From positions 2,232,001-2,296,000 of the forward strand of contig CAUYUJ010000001.1 in assembly GCA_963575745.1 (NCBI GenBank): a DNA stretch of 64,000 nt, written 5' to 3'. Every line of letters begins with the position of its first letter. Position 1 is the stretch's first letter. The position numbers and the translations under genes were made by a program. Below, one piece after another: positions 35,330 to 48,900 of the stretch. Source of the stretch: Prorocentrum cordatum. Its lineage: Eukaryota. The notes under the pieces were generated by a model. It was given only the letters and a program-made list of their open reading frames with translations. It was not told the DNA's origin and made no database searches.

Positions 35330-37140
35330 CTTTGCCGAGGAATCCGCCAGCGCGCGTCTCGGGGCAGGCGCCCCGCGCGGCGGCGAGTGGACTCTGATCC
35401 GCCGACGCCCGCCCCAGCGCCCCCCGCGCGCACCTGCCCCTCGCATTCGCCTCGGCATCCCCCGCGGGGGGAAGGGGGGCGACGCTTGTCCCGACATTGG
35501 GGGCGCCCCCATTCCAAAGGCCCGCCCTTGTTTCGAGGGCCTGACAATTTCATCGCATACCTCTACTTCGCGCTCAGAGGGCGGCTTCTGCCGCGCAGAA
35601 CAAGATGCAGATCATCGGGCGCCGCCGCGCAGAGAGGGAGGGGCCAGCGGCGGCCGCGCGACGAGCTTTGAAGAGGCGCGCGGTGGATGCCAATGTCAAC
35701 CAGTCGACCAAGACTCTAAGTGCCATCGGCGGTCATCTTACGGCCTCGCCCATGCCGTCTTCAGCGACCCGTGGCCGATGATATTGGGTTCATTCACCAA
35801 CCGAGCGCGCAGGCCAGGGTGCAGCGAGGTCCCTTCAGCTCCGGGAAATCCGCGAGCGCGCATCTCAGGACGGGCGCCCTGCGCGGCGGCGAGCGGATTC
35901 CGATCCGCAGGCGCCTGCCCCCGCACCCCCCGCGCGCGCCCCCCCAGCATTCGTCTCAGCACCCCCCGCTGCGGGTGGCGACGCCTGTCCCAACGTCGGA
36001 CGCGCCCCCTCCAAAGGCCCGCCCGTGTCTAGAGGGCCCGGCCATCTCATCGCATGCCTTTACAACGCGCTCAGAGGGCGGCTTCTGACGCGCAGAACAA
36101 GATTGCAAATCAGCGGACGCCACCACGCAGAGAGGCAAGCAGCGGCCGAGCGACGAGCTTCGAAGAGGCGCGCGGTGGATGCCAACGCAACCAGTCGACC
36201 AAGATCCTAAACGCCATCGACGGTCGTCTCTCGGCCTCGCCCCCGCCGTCTTCGGCGACCCTCGGCCGAGGCGCTCGATTTCTGTCGCCGGGTGAGCGCG
36301 AAGGCTGGGGCGCCGCGAGGTCTCTCTTCAGCTCCGAGGAATCCGCGAGCGCGCGTCTCGGGACAGGCGCCCCGCGCGGCGCTAGTGGACTCATCCGTGG
36401 ACGCCTGCCCCAGCGCTCCCCGCGCGCACCCCCCCCCCGCATTCGCCTCGGCACCCCCCGCGGGGAGGGGGGGGGGGGGGGGCGACGCCTGTCCCAGTAT
36501 TGGAGACGCCCCCTCCCGAAGCCCACCCTTGTCTCGAGGACCTGACAATTTCACCGCATGCCTCTACTGCACACTCAGAGAACGGCTTCCGACGCGCAGA
36601 ACAAGACGCAGATCGGCGGACACACTAGCGGACACCACCGCGCACAGGCAGGCCAGCGGCGGCCGAGCGACGCGTTCTGAAGAGGCGTTCGGCGGATGCC
36701 ACTGTCTCCCCGTCGACCAAGACACCAGACGCCATCGGCGGTCATCTTTCGGCCTCGCCCTCGCCGTCTTCGGCGACCCTTGGCCGAGGCGCTCGAGTTC
36801 ATTCGCCAAGTGAGCGCGCAGGCTGGGGCGCCGCGAGGTCTCTTCAGTTCCGAGAAGTCCGCGAGCGCGCATCTCACGACAGGCGCCCCGCGCGGCGGCG
36901 AGTGAACTCTGATCCGTCGACGCCTGCCCCGGCACTCCCCGCGCGCGCCCCCTCCAGAATTCGCCTCAGCATTCCCCGCGGGGCGCGGGGGGGACGCCGG
37001 CCCCAACATTGCAGGCGCCTCTTCCGAAGGCCCGCCCTCTCATCGCACGCCTCAACTGCGCGCTCAGGGGGCGGCTTCTGGCGCGCAGAACAGGACGCAG
37101 ATCATCGGGCACCACCGCGCAGAGAGAGGCCGGCGGCGGC
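35330..37140. repeat. ~500-bp GC-rich tandem repeat, ~3.6 diverged units
   Basis: Anchor a(a/g)tccgc..gcgcgc.tctc...ggcgccc.gcgcggc at ~35341, 35847, 36340 and 36856. Confidence 0.88.
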
Positions 37141-37154
37141 GCAGGATTATTGGC

Positions 37155-37329
37155 TTGGGCGTTGCGTAATGGAGGGGTCATAAATGGGGGGGTGGCGAGG
37201 GTGGTCCGAAAAGGTACCCAAACGGTACCTAAACGAGCCCCCTGGGGGTCCGGAGGGGCTCGAAAGGGGCACGAAAGAGGACCGTTTCTGACCCCCCCAT
37301 TTATGACCCCCCCATTAAGCCACGCCCAA
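37155..37329. mobile_element. 175-bp MITE
   Basis: TIR ttgggcgt.gc.taatgg.ggggtcataaatgggggg (~37 bp); TSD TTGGC at 37150-37154 and 37330-37334. Confidence 0.9.
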
Positions 37330-37779
37330 TTGGCGGCCAGACTGAGTTGCTCTTCGTAGTGGCCCATCGAGTCCGAGCACGGCGCCAGCCCGCACGGCGC
37401 GGCGGCAGAGACCCCACGTGCTGCCGCAGCGCGGCGAGGTCACGGCGGTCACAGGCGTCGGCGCGAGGTGCGCGCGGCGCGGGGGGCAGGCCTCTGCGAT
37501 CCTGCGCCTCCCAGGGACTAGGCTCAGAAGGCGGTCGCATCGACGTCCAGTAGCCCATTCATCGCCGATATTGGCCTGCTAGCCCACCCTGCCCACGAGC
37601 GAGCGGATGCGCTATGGGGGGGGGTCGCTGATCTATCGGCGATGCATCGCCGGTTCGAGGTCGAGGATTCCCCTCCTGAGCCGGTCCCCCCCTGACGTCG
37701 CCCCTCAGCCCCGTGGAGGGGGGACCGGCTGCGCCTTTTCTAGAATCACAGGTTAGTTGCTGGCACTGCACGGAAACGC

Positions 37780-39834
37780 TTTCGACGATGGATCTCGTTG
37801 TTTCCATGCTCTCCTCCACTCCCTACATTCTCCCCCTTCCTCATCCATCATTTCCATTCCCTCGCGTTCTCATGTTTTCCTCATCGTCTCCCTCATCCCC
37901 CTTTGTCCCACCGTGCCCGTCCCTCACCCCCTCCCTCTCTCCAATCCGCCCTCCTCCAACGCCATCCCCCTCCCACCTCCCTCCCCCTTCTCGCCTCGTC
38001 CTGTCACTCTTCAACGCGGCTTGTCTGATCTGGGACTCTCCTTGAGGGGAAGGGTTCTCATATCCAGCTTGGCGCACGCTTGCGCATGCCCCCGAGTGCG
38101 GAGAGCCCACTGCTCTCGTGGTGCACACGCGTGTCGTGGGCGAGCTTCACTATGACACAAGTTCTTACCATTTGCGGTGTTCTTGAAATGGCCTCGCATT
38201 CGGCTCACTTCGCCTTGAAGCTCAATGCTGGCGAGGGCTGGCCGAAAGCGTCGGAAGCAAAAGTGCGACGCCCACATGATTGGATCCAGGGTGCCCGGAG
38301 TTGCCCAGTTGCCGAGTAGCACAATATGTCGATGGGTCCGCTTAGTCGTCTGAGCTGTAAGCTGCCTGATCTCCCCAGGCTCGTTTTCACTCGTGCCGTC
38401 CCCACCTGCCCCACCGAGATGAGATTGCGCCACGAGAGAATATCGAATGGCCTCCCAAGATTGCTGGCGGCGCCCACCTCCGCAGGCACCCCACAGAGAC
38501 GCAGGGCCTGGGGGATTGGGGAGGGCAGCACTCGGAACGCCGTTCGGAGTTTCCCGATCTGCGCCAGGAGCCTCGGGGGCCTGTGAAGGCGGAAAGTACA
38601 GCAGCGCCGTGAGGCTGCGCTCCGAGCATCAAGAAGCCTCGCGAGGGCGAGAGAGGTCATCTCCAGAGCCTCGCGCAGGCATCTTGACCCTTTCCGTCCC
38701 ATATCCCTCCATCCCTCCCCCCCCCCTCCTTTTCATCCTTACCACCCTCCCCCCCTTGCCCCCCATTTGCACGCTCTTCCCCACATGTCTTTAATCATCA
38801 TCCTACGGCTTATCTATGTTGAAGGCCTCCCACGAGTTTCTTGGAGAGTTCTTGGCTCAGATTGGGGCCATATGGGATCATTGTGAGGCCTCCGAAGTCC
38901 GTCGCGAGGGCCTAGGTGACCGTTTGAGGTGTTCCAAGGGGAGGTTTCTCCTGCTGTTCGAGGCCAATGTGTGGGAGAGAGGGCCTAGAGTAGGCAGTGC
39001 GTTGTACTTGTCACTTGCCCTTCCGCCTCTGAACGATGCCATGGCACGGCCGGTGATTGCAATATTGTTCCGAGATCTTTCAAGACCCTGAAATCAAAGC
39101 ATTGGATAGCATTGGATTCAGCAGTCTTCTGGTGTGGATTTCTCACAGGGGCTTTGGTGGTTCGCCCACTAACCTGTGAAGCCCGCGTGTGGGAAAGCAT
39201 GTCGTTGGGTGGATCGTGGACGAGATGTTCTAAGGAGTACTTTTCCTCACTACTGGGCCTCTGAGCGGTCTCTTGGGAGCCAGTGGGTTTATCTTGAGGA
39301 CCTCTTAAGGGCCCCATGTGGATCTTAGGTTTTTGCATTGCTTGTTGGGGGCCTCGGTGGTTGTGGAGAACGCGCAGGGACACGGAGTTCGGCCTATCGT
39401 GGAGCCTCGTGGGGCGTCTCGAGGCCTCGTGGGTCTCTCGTGGCCTTGGCACTGCTTCTTACGAGCACTGGTATTCTCTCACTCTGGCACCGTTTTTTCT
39501 TGGGACACCGCCCTTCGCGATTTGCTTCTCACTGAGGATTTCTAAAGGCGGCGTTTGTTCATGATGCCCACAATCGGAACACCTTCGGTATTCCAAAAAG
39601 GAGTCTGCGCTGCAACGTTGGCCAAATGTTAGGATGCGTGCATTGCTTCCGTCGCTCGAAAGAGCGATCTCGCCCCAGCGCGTGCCAGAGTTCTGGATCC
39701 GAGCAACGCTGCCTCTCACGCTGTCTCTAATTTCTTTTGCTTCCAGCCATCCTCTCTTCGGAGAGCGCATACGCGGGCAGTCGAGCAAAGGAAGAACATG
39801 CAGAGACAGGAGGGGGCTGGACCTCGTTCCATAA
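37780..39834 (+). CDS. Possible fragmented multi-exon gene of unknown function
   Basis: Coding-like segments (MTQVLTICGVLEMASH, LKASHEFLGEFLAQIG, MRALLPSLERAISP...LVP*) separated by pyrimidine-rich or repeat spacers; exon chain not resolved. Confidence 0.25.
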
Positions 39835-39934
39835 TCGCTTCGGCTCATGGGGGCATCTGGCAAAGGCCACCTGTGCTTTGCAGACGCCGGGCATGTGGCT
39901 CAAGTAATCGGTACGCCTGTGCATTCGGGGAGGC

Positions 39935-42900
39935 ATGGCTGACTCCGCTGAAGGCGAAGTGTCGTGCGAAGTAGTCGTGGAGGAGATTTCTGGAGCGCGA
40001 GCACGAAGTTCTTTTGAAAATATCGGCGTTGAGGGCGACGCGGTCATGGAGCAAGTGGCGGGGGCATCATATCCATCTCAAGACTCCGTGGTGGAGATAG
40101 AGCAGGTTGCTGCTACTGGTGCTGCGAAGGCATCGGGGAGAACTGCTTCATGTGCAGCGAAGACATCAGAGAGAAGCGAAGAGCTGAGGAACAACTTTGT
40201 TTCGGATTTGTCCAAGAAGAGCACAGAGAAGCAAGAGAGGCCACAGCACCCGACGTCGACGCATGGGGGTGCGGAGATCATAAGAGAGATGTGCGCGCCT
40301 GCCAAGAAGGGTCAACCTAGCTCTGACCCCAAGCAACTGTCAGCAGTGGTTCCAGAATGGAAAGCGGACAATGCGCACCTACCCCACCACCCCATAGAGC
40401 AGTCCCCTTCTCACTATCCTTTCCCCCCTCCCTCTCCTCCCCCCTCCTTCCTGCCATGGGGGGACACAGCAGGGGGCGGCAGAGGGGTCGGGGGGAAAGG
40501 GGGAAGGGAGGAGGGCAAGGAGAGAAGGGTGGAGCGGGAGGAGGGGGAGAGAAAGAGGAGGGGGTGGGGTAGGTGCGCCATTTCTGTTTTCCTGCAGCAG
40601 ACGCTGAACGAGCCCCACCAGCCAGGCTGAACTGGTCCAAGACTAGAACCACGATTCCTGTCGGCGATCCGGCGCACAGAAATGACCGAATTCAATGCAT
40701 CGGCAGGGGGAAGGGGGGAGGGGACCAGTGCGGGGGAGGGAACGAAGAGGGGGGAGGGCAGGGTGGCGGGGGCGGGCACGGGGGATTGTCTGGGGAAGAA
40801 GCGAAGGGAAGGGGAGGAGAGCGGAAGGACATGTCGATGCATGGCCATGCCGAACACCCGAATTCCGGCACATTTTTTCAACACCATACATGCACATCGT
40901 TACAGTTTGGATGCGCCGCGCCCGCTTGCTACCATCGCACGGCCGACATCTTCTCGCATGCAATAGTTGGCACACATCGGGCGGTTGATCGATGCGCGAT
41001 GTTCGAAGAAGATCGTAGGCGTCAGTGTCAGATGCGCAGTCAACCCGCGTAATTAATATGGGCACCCTTTCCTAGGGTACCCTTGCATCCTTGCTCTTTC
41101 CGGCCCATCCTTAGCGACGTTCGCCGGCCAACCTCGCTCGAAAAAAAATCGCATGGGCCTCCAAGGCCCTCGCATCTTTATCGCGCATCCTTATAATACA
41201 GGCTGACTGTAGCATTACTTGTTCCATCAAGAAGCCAGGGCCATCTGGGCGACAAGAATGGGAATGGTGAGGGAATGGTTTGCACCGCCGATGGTTGCAC
41301 AGACAATGTTGAGCATGTTCTGGATTCGTCACGGAAGGAGGCGATATCTGCTGATGCCTCGCAAAGAACTAAAGAGTCTTAACGATATTCCCGCGCATGC
41401 ACCTCCCAACTTGCAGTGAGCACGCGATGACAGCACGAACGTACAACCGTGAAAGTTTCACAGAGAAAGTGTCCGAAGTTAGTGGCGAGGATGACTCAAG
41501 CGGGAAAGAACTGAAGAAACCGAGGCCCCCTAATGGCGCGCCCGCCTCGAGCGCAGGATGTGCGTCGATTTGGTGGTCAGTCCACGGCTGAAGGATTGGT
41601 GTCGAGAATGCGATGATGCACTTCCCCGTCGCATTCTTGCGCGCAAAATCACAGGTTCCATGCCAGCGAGCACGCCATATAATGTGGTGTGTATTCCTGC
41701 GCGGGGCCTTGTATCAACCGACACATGCGGACCGAAGCGTTCATCATGAGAATGCACAGCCCGGAGACGCTGTCGCCATCGTCCAGGGTTGACACGTTGT
41801 CCGACGCTGTTGTGGCGTCCACCGCGGCCTACCAAGAGTGGGTACCGCCTCTTCCTGCATGGCACCCTTTGGAGATGCGCTGCCCCCACTCCGTTTTCAA
41901 GATTGGGCTCGGTTCAATCTTCATCGCATTTTTCATTTGATGTGCCGTTACGTCCACGTTTGCCTATCATTCCCGAGCGCGTCGCTCCGCCGGTCCTGGT
42001 CCACCAAGCTTCGCCGTCCGCACCTCGGTCCCCAGTCGTTCGCGTCCCGAGCTTTTCCGAGCATCCCACCCCATGGAGCGGAGCGACACGCTGTCCGCTG
42101 GCGTAGCGCGCCGCCGGGGCCGCGCCGCGACGCGCCAAGCAACAGTTCCCGACCGCAGGCACGCACGCTGGAGCCTCCGAGGCCATGACCGCCCCCGTGC
42201 GCCCCCCCCCCCTGGGTTACACGTGCGACCCAGCCCCAGGGAGAAAGAACAGCGATTGACCAATCTGCCACTGCCGCGTGAGAGCCTGCGAGCAAGAGGT
42301 CGTCGTCGTCGAACGAGGGCTTGGGGCGCACCCGTGCTTCATGACTCAAGGGGTGGCTGGGCGGCGCAGACAAGCGCTTCCACCGCCAGCCACCCCGAAC
42401 CCCTCGCGGGGAAAAGAGAAGAGGGCAGCGGTGCGAAAATCGGAGGTTCGGGGGTGAGTCCGACGTGAAACGGAGACCCCCCCTACCGGGAAATCGATTT
42501 CGGTTTCGGGTTCGTGTCGTGCGTGCCGTGCGTGCGTGCGGACGAGGCGAAGCTGCGTGGGCGGGCGAGACGAAATCCTCCTGTGGCTGGGCCGCGGCTG
42601 GACCAAATGTTTCTCCTCCGGAGGCTGGTGGCCCGCGGTGTCCCGCCAGTGTCCCGCTGGTGTCTCGAAATCTTCCTGTGGCTGGGCCGCAGCCGGACCA
42701 AATGTTACTCTTCTGGCGGCCGGTGGCCCGCGGTGTCCCGCCGGTGTCCCGCTGGTGTCCCGTGGTGTCCGCCGTTGCTACGGCGAAGTCAAGACACATG
42801 ATTATCCTCCTCCCGCCCGTCCAGCGGTGGCTCGCGGTGTCCCGCGGTGTCCCGTGGTGTCCCGTGGTGTCCCGTTGAATGAGATCGATAGTGACATTGA

Positions 42901-45900
42901 TAGTGAGATTGATAGTGAAATCGATACTGAGTTCGATACTGAGATCGATGTGGTGCCCCGAGGTGTCCCGCGGTGTCCCAAAAAGTGAGACCGCTAGTGA
43001 GATCGATAGTGAAATCGACAGGTGTCCCGTGGTGTCCCGTGGTGTCCCGTGGTGTCCCGTCGAGTGTGATCGATAGTGAGATCGATAGTGAGATCGATGT
43101 GGTGTCCCTAGGTGTCCCGTGGTGTCCCGTTGAGTGAGATCGATAGTGAGATCGATAGTGAGATCGATAGTGAGATCGACAAGTGTCCCGTGGTGTCCCG
43201 TGGTGTCCCGTTGAGTGAGATCGATAGTGAGATCGATTGAATCAGATGTTGGTTCCCCCTCCTCTCCCCCCACACCCTCCTTATCACCCGAAGGGTGGTC
43301 GCATAGTTATTTCATTATGGTCGCGAGGGGGAGGAAGGGAGGAAGGGAGGGAGGGAGGGCGAGCGGGCGATCCCAGCGTCTCTCCACAGGACTGCTATTA
43401 CTTATCGCTGTGTCACTTGGGGGCCTAGCGGGGATGAGTCGGCTTGTGTCCCCCGAGAAGCCGGCCCTGACGGTGTAGCCGCGGCCCCAATCCGCTGCAG
43501 ATTGAGCCGGCTCGCGGCCCACGGGGCCACTCGCAGGTGCGTTCTGCGTCGGGCTTTGATAATGTATGCATGTTGATCCTGCATCGCTGGGCCTCGGACA
43601 AGGCGGGGCAATGGAGAGGCGCGGGAGGCGGAGGGGGGGGGCGGGGGCGAGGGAGGGGGAGGCTCCGATGACCGCTGCGACGTAGGCGTCCTCACCCGTG
43701 GGGTGAGCCACGTGCTCTGGGGACGCCTGGGAACCAGGGGCCACTTCTTGGGCACGAGGGCGGCGGGCCTCGAACCGGGCCCTCTCGGCCCCATGGCAGA
43801 AAGATCCGACAGACCTTGCACGAGGAGGGCGGCTGCGCGAGAGAAAGCCAGCCCGGCATTGGCGCGCCAGTGGCGCGCCAATGCCGGGCTGGCTTTGCCT
43901 CGCGCGGCGTGGGGAGCCCTCTGCGGCCTGGCAGCAGCCGCGCGGCTTCGGTGGGGCCCCGCGCACGGCCGAGCCCGAACGCCGCCACGGGCGCTGACCG
44001 ACGCGCGTGGCAGCTGTCCCGTGCGAGGCTCTCGGATAACTGTTTAGAGCCCCCGGAACCTCGAACCAGGACGGTGGCTTGGGAGGGAGGGAGGGAAGGA
44101 GGGGGAGGATGCAGGGAGGGAAGGAGGGGGAGGATGCAGGGTGGGGGGGGGGAGGGAGGGAGGGAGGGAGGGAGGCGGAGGTCCAGGGGCCCGCAGGCGA
44201 CTCCGTAATCTGGATGTGGCACAGCGGCCTCGAGCTGGAACCGGAGGACCCGGCGTGGTTTGAGAAGCCGGTGTCGGGCAGCTCGGACACGGCGATCAGC
44301 GTACCCAGATATCCGACAATATAATTGCTCCGATCCGGCGTCTTTCGGCCCATGGGGCTGTGGAGCCAGTTCACGGGCCCCAGCACCATCAAGAACGGAT
44401 CGGGGGCGGGAAGTTGGCCCCAGGGAAGGGTCCAAGACCTCTGGAGCCGCGGATGGAACAAATCACGTCGGTGGCTGTCAAGGTGGCCGTTTTCTTCTTC
44501 ATTGTTTTGCCGATCGGCGCGGGCCCTGGCACCCCCTTCCCCCCCATGGATCGGGTATATGGTTAAGGGGAGCCGGTTAGTGATTGGGCCCTGGAGCCCA
44601 AAATATGGACTGGAATCGCTAAACCAGGTTTGCAGTAGACAGTTGTTCTTCGTGTGACGGCAGTTCCAGTTAGTGGAATCGGGCGGGGGGGTCCCCCAGT
44701 AGACATCACTAAGCCAGGTCCCGTAGCCCAGTTCCGCCAACGCCCGAATGGAGTAGATCTTGGCTGTTTTTGACGCATGTTTCAAGCAGGTGGAGCCTCC
44801 CCCATAGGATGCACTGGTGCAAACAGTCGCATCAAGCAAAGGTCCAGAGCCAGACCACCACCCCATTTTCGCTCAATGTCGAAACGCCGAATAAGAAAAC
44901 GCTCGCAAGGTACAGTTCAGGGAGGCCGTCAGCGGGGAGACTCACTACGCCATCAAGTTCTCCGAGCCCGGGAGGCGTTCAGAGGTCGAAAAGATACCGA
45001 CACCGCTGTTTTCCCTGAAGAGCCCTCGCCGCCATGGCTGGATTCTCCTTGGACCGTACTCTGGCAGAGTCGAAGACCGAAAAACGCCATACACATGAAA
45101 TGTTGGCTCTCCGCGCGGATTTCTTGGATCCCCTCTGGGCCCCCTCTGGCGGCGCCTTTGGCGCCGCCCCTGGCACGCTCTGCGCACCAGGGAGAGGGGT
45201 CCAGCACAAATCCAAGAGATCCGCGCGGAGCGCCAAAAGGTTCTGCTCATGGCGTCTTCGATTCTTTGAGAGAGGTCTGGGGAGCAGCGGCATCGGTACC
45301 CTGTTTGGCTCTCTAGGTATAGGTTCCGGACGAGCGGTGGCGGGAGGGGCGAGAAGGACCAGAGCGAGTTCAGGGCGAAACGCATTTCCTTTGCAGAGTC
45401 TTCTCTTTTGATTATCCTCCCTCACCTCCCTCCCCCCCCGCCCCGCCCGCCCGCCTCTTGATTCCATCTTCTGGCCCTTCGTTTTCCCACCTGGGCCGCC
45501 TCTTTCTTGTTCCCACCTCCTCTTTCTCTCTTTCCTTTACCGTTCTGGCGCAGAAGGGATGGGAAGCTCTGGTGCAGGATGAGTCCAGGGCCTGGGGGGG
45601 GGTACAGTGGAGGCCCATGCCAAGAAACACCCTGCTTGCCTCCGGGGTGCCCTGGGTTTCTTGGGGTTCCATGGCTTTGCGGCGGGAAGCATGACGCTCC
45701 CACACCAAAAGTTCATGGACATCCTGGGGTCTCAGGGTTGGGCTTTTTGTGGAAGCTTTCTTGTGGACTGGCCTCCACTGTATTGACATTAGCTTGCAAA
45801 GGTGACGGTGGTGTCCCACCAGTGGTTAGCATGGCGAAGCACTTGCTGCATCGTGCTACACAGCGTTTCGCGCCAACACGACCAGACGGTAGGGTGTATA

Positions 45901-48900
45901 GACACGGGGCTATATTGTTGCAATTATTGGGTCTTATGTTTTGACGTCTCGTTGGCCCTCTCCCCTCCCTCCCTCTTTTCCCTCCCTCTACATCCCGCTC
46001 CCCCTTCCTTAGATGATCACCTGCAGTCTTACCCCTTTCCACCCCACGCCCCTTCCCAGTCGTCCGTCCTCCCCCTCCACCCCCCCCCTCCCCTCCCTGC
46101 CCTCCCTGCCCGTTTCGTCCTTCCCCATGCCCCTAATTGGGGGCGGCCCGCCTAACTGGCCCAGTGGCCCCCGAAGGGACCAGCGGATCGGGTACGCGTT
46201 GATTGCAGTTACTTTCATGTCGTTGACTCTCGGGCCGTTGATGGCCTTGGAGCAGGGAGAACTTGTGCGCGGCCTGCTCAGCGCAGTCACCCAGAACACG
46301 ACCCAGCAGAACATCATCGCGAGATCTGCTGGCGAGGTGCTGGGCTTGGATCTGAAGCATATTTGCGGGGTGTCTTCCCCTCCCGTTCCTCCCCCAGGTG
46401 CTGAAGTACTTTTGGCCGCCTTTCGTCGGATGTCTCTTCGTGTTCCTGTTCATCCCGCCCAGGATTCTCTATGTCGGGTTCTGGCCTAAGACGCTTTCGT
46501 CGTTCGGCAGGGGATTTGGTGGCAGCACGCACCGTGAGGCACGGATTGTTGTAGCCGCGTTTGCTTTTGCTGGGTTCTTGCTTGTCGTAGTTGCGTGGTC
46601 TTACATGGGGGCGACATTAACGGGCATGGAGCCAGTTCTTGAGCAGACCCTGGCCATCGCGGACCAGCAGCTTGTGGAGATCACTGCGATGGGCAGCGAC
46701 ATGGACCAGTACGCGAGCCTTTCGAATGATTCCTCCGCTCTCACTGAGGCCGTCGCGTCGTTCACGGCCTTGGCCGCCGATGCGAGGGACGCCAGCAGCA
46801 AGGCAGAAAGCTTCTTGACGAGCGCAGTTTACACAAGTGACCGAGGGCTCAACACTGATAATGATGCTGGCGCATGTAGACTACACAGTAGCAAGTACTC
46901 ATCGTAGGCATGCCGCAGCCAACCGAGTTCCCATCAAAGCAGCGCAAGCGGCCACGAGAGGCACACTGGGGCGAGCCGAAGCGAGCCGAACTCCCGCCTA
47001 GGCAGGACAAGCCGTAGCATGCGGGGCTAGTGGGGGCCAGCGACGGCGAACCAAGCGGCCGGGCGGGGTAAGTCGGGGCACAAGCGTGGCAGACCGAGTT
47101 CCCAGCAGAGCAGTGCGAGCGGCCGCACGGGGCTTCTCAAACGGGTAGCGGTGGGCCGGGGCCAGCCGAGCCCCCACACAAGCAGAGCAAGCAGCCGAGC
47201 GGTGCTACTCGGGGCTGGCCGTGGTCAACCACATGCCTGGCAAGGCTGGGCAAGCGGCCACGCGGGGCCAGTCAGGGCCAGCGGCGGAAAATTGAAGCCC
47301 CGCGCGAAAAGGTAGCATTTCCTTTAGACAGACATGCAGGCCCATCAGTTCAAGCTCAGTCTGGCAACGGCCAGCGCCGCGGCCTCCCTGTAAAGTCCAA
47401 AAACCTGAGGGAGGGACGGAGGCAGAGGGAGGGAATGAGGGAGGCAATAAAGTTGCCCTAGGCCATGCGTTGCATGTGGTTGGCCGTGGCTTCAACAGGC
47501 GAGGCGATGGCCTTTGTGTTCATGCAGCTTGTCCTGGTCACCTACGCAATGGCTTTCGCGGCATCTCTGAGCAAGAGGCCACACCTGATGCTCGGGGTTC
47601 ACTTCGCAGGGCTGTTCGCTCTGCTGCTCCAGCTCCTCGCTGGCACGATGTACGGAACAATGCTTGCCATCTTCAATGGTGCTTGGGGAACAAGAGAGTG
47701 CCGATGCCGCTACCTCTCAGACCTCTCCCAGAGATCGTTCTGACCACAATTTCGAAGCGAATCCAGGCGTGGCGACGAGGGATGGGTAGCGGTACCCGTA
47801 TTTTTTCCGGAGGTATCGACAACGAGATGTCAGAGACGCCTGACGTGAGTGCGGCTCTCAACGGGACTGATTATTCCTCCCAAGCTGCTGAGTTCACCAA
47901 GCTGATCGCCTACTGCAGCGAGGACGGCGGCGACGTCGCCATGGGAGCGACGTTTGCAGCGGTGGCGTCCTCTATGGCGAACACAGGCTCGGGATGAAAA
48001 CAGTGCGCCCAACCTTGCACATGATCCTCCCCTCCTGCTGTTTCGCAAAGGATCATCTATCAATACCGCTACCTTCCCCTTGTGTTCGCCTTTTTGGGCC
48101 TCCTGGGAGCCCCTCGTCACCGCGGCTGGATTCGCCTCGAAATTCTGGTCAGGAGGCATCTCGAGATAGGTCAGGGGAGTAGCGGTCTCGGTACCTTTTG
48201 TTCCCCCAGCCGGAGTCGATACAGCGCCGACGGGACTTGAAATGGCATAAGTTGCGCCGAGGCCGAGGTTTGGACTGCTTGGTCTAAGGCCTCTTCCTTA
48301 TTCTCGCCCCCTCCCTCCCCACTCCTGCCTCTCCCCCCTCCTTTCCCCACGCCATTCCTCTCCCTCCCCTCTCCTCCTCATCCCCGTGGCCTTTCCCTCC
48401 CCTTCCTCCACTCCCTCAACGGGGAAGCGGCGAGGAGGGCACCAGGCGCAGGCCCAGGTTTGCGACCCCGCGTCAGGGGACAGCGTTCCCATCAGCTTCC
48501 CCAGCGAGGAAGCGGCGGCGAGCCTCACCGTGGACGAGATGAAGACGTTCGTGGCAGTGGCGTCGGATCAGATCGAGGAGCGGCCTCCTCCCGTCCCCGG
48601 CCGGAGTGCGCCAGAGCCGTCAGATTGCAGCTTGCGGCTATGAGGCTGCACGGCTGACCCCCTTGATGATTTCAGGGCTTAGAGCCGAGCAGTGAAGGTG
48701 GGAATCATTCGGGGCAAGCACTGCTTGGATAATGCATACTACCTTGGTGAGGCACCCCGATAACAGTGTATAGTTGCATTGCTGTCTTGGTGCGTGTGGA
48801 GGCATACGAGATTGAGGGCGGGTCTGAGGACGCGCCTAATGCCGTATTAGGGAAAGTGCCTGGGGCAATGTCTGGGGGGCGCGTTTGGGATTGATTCCAA

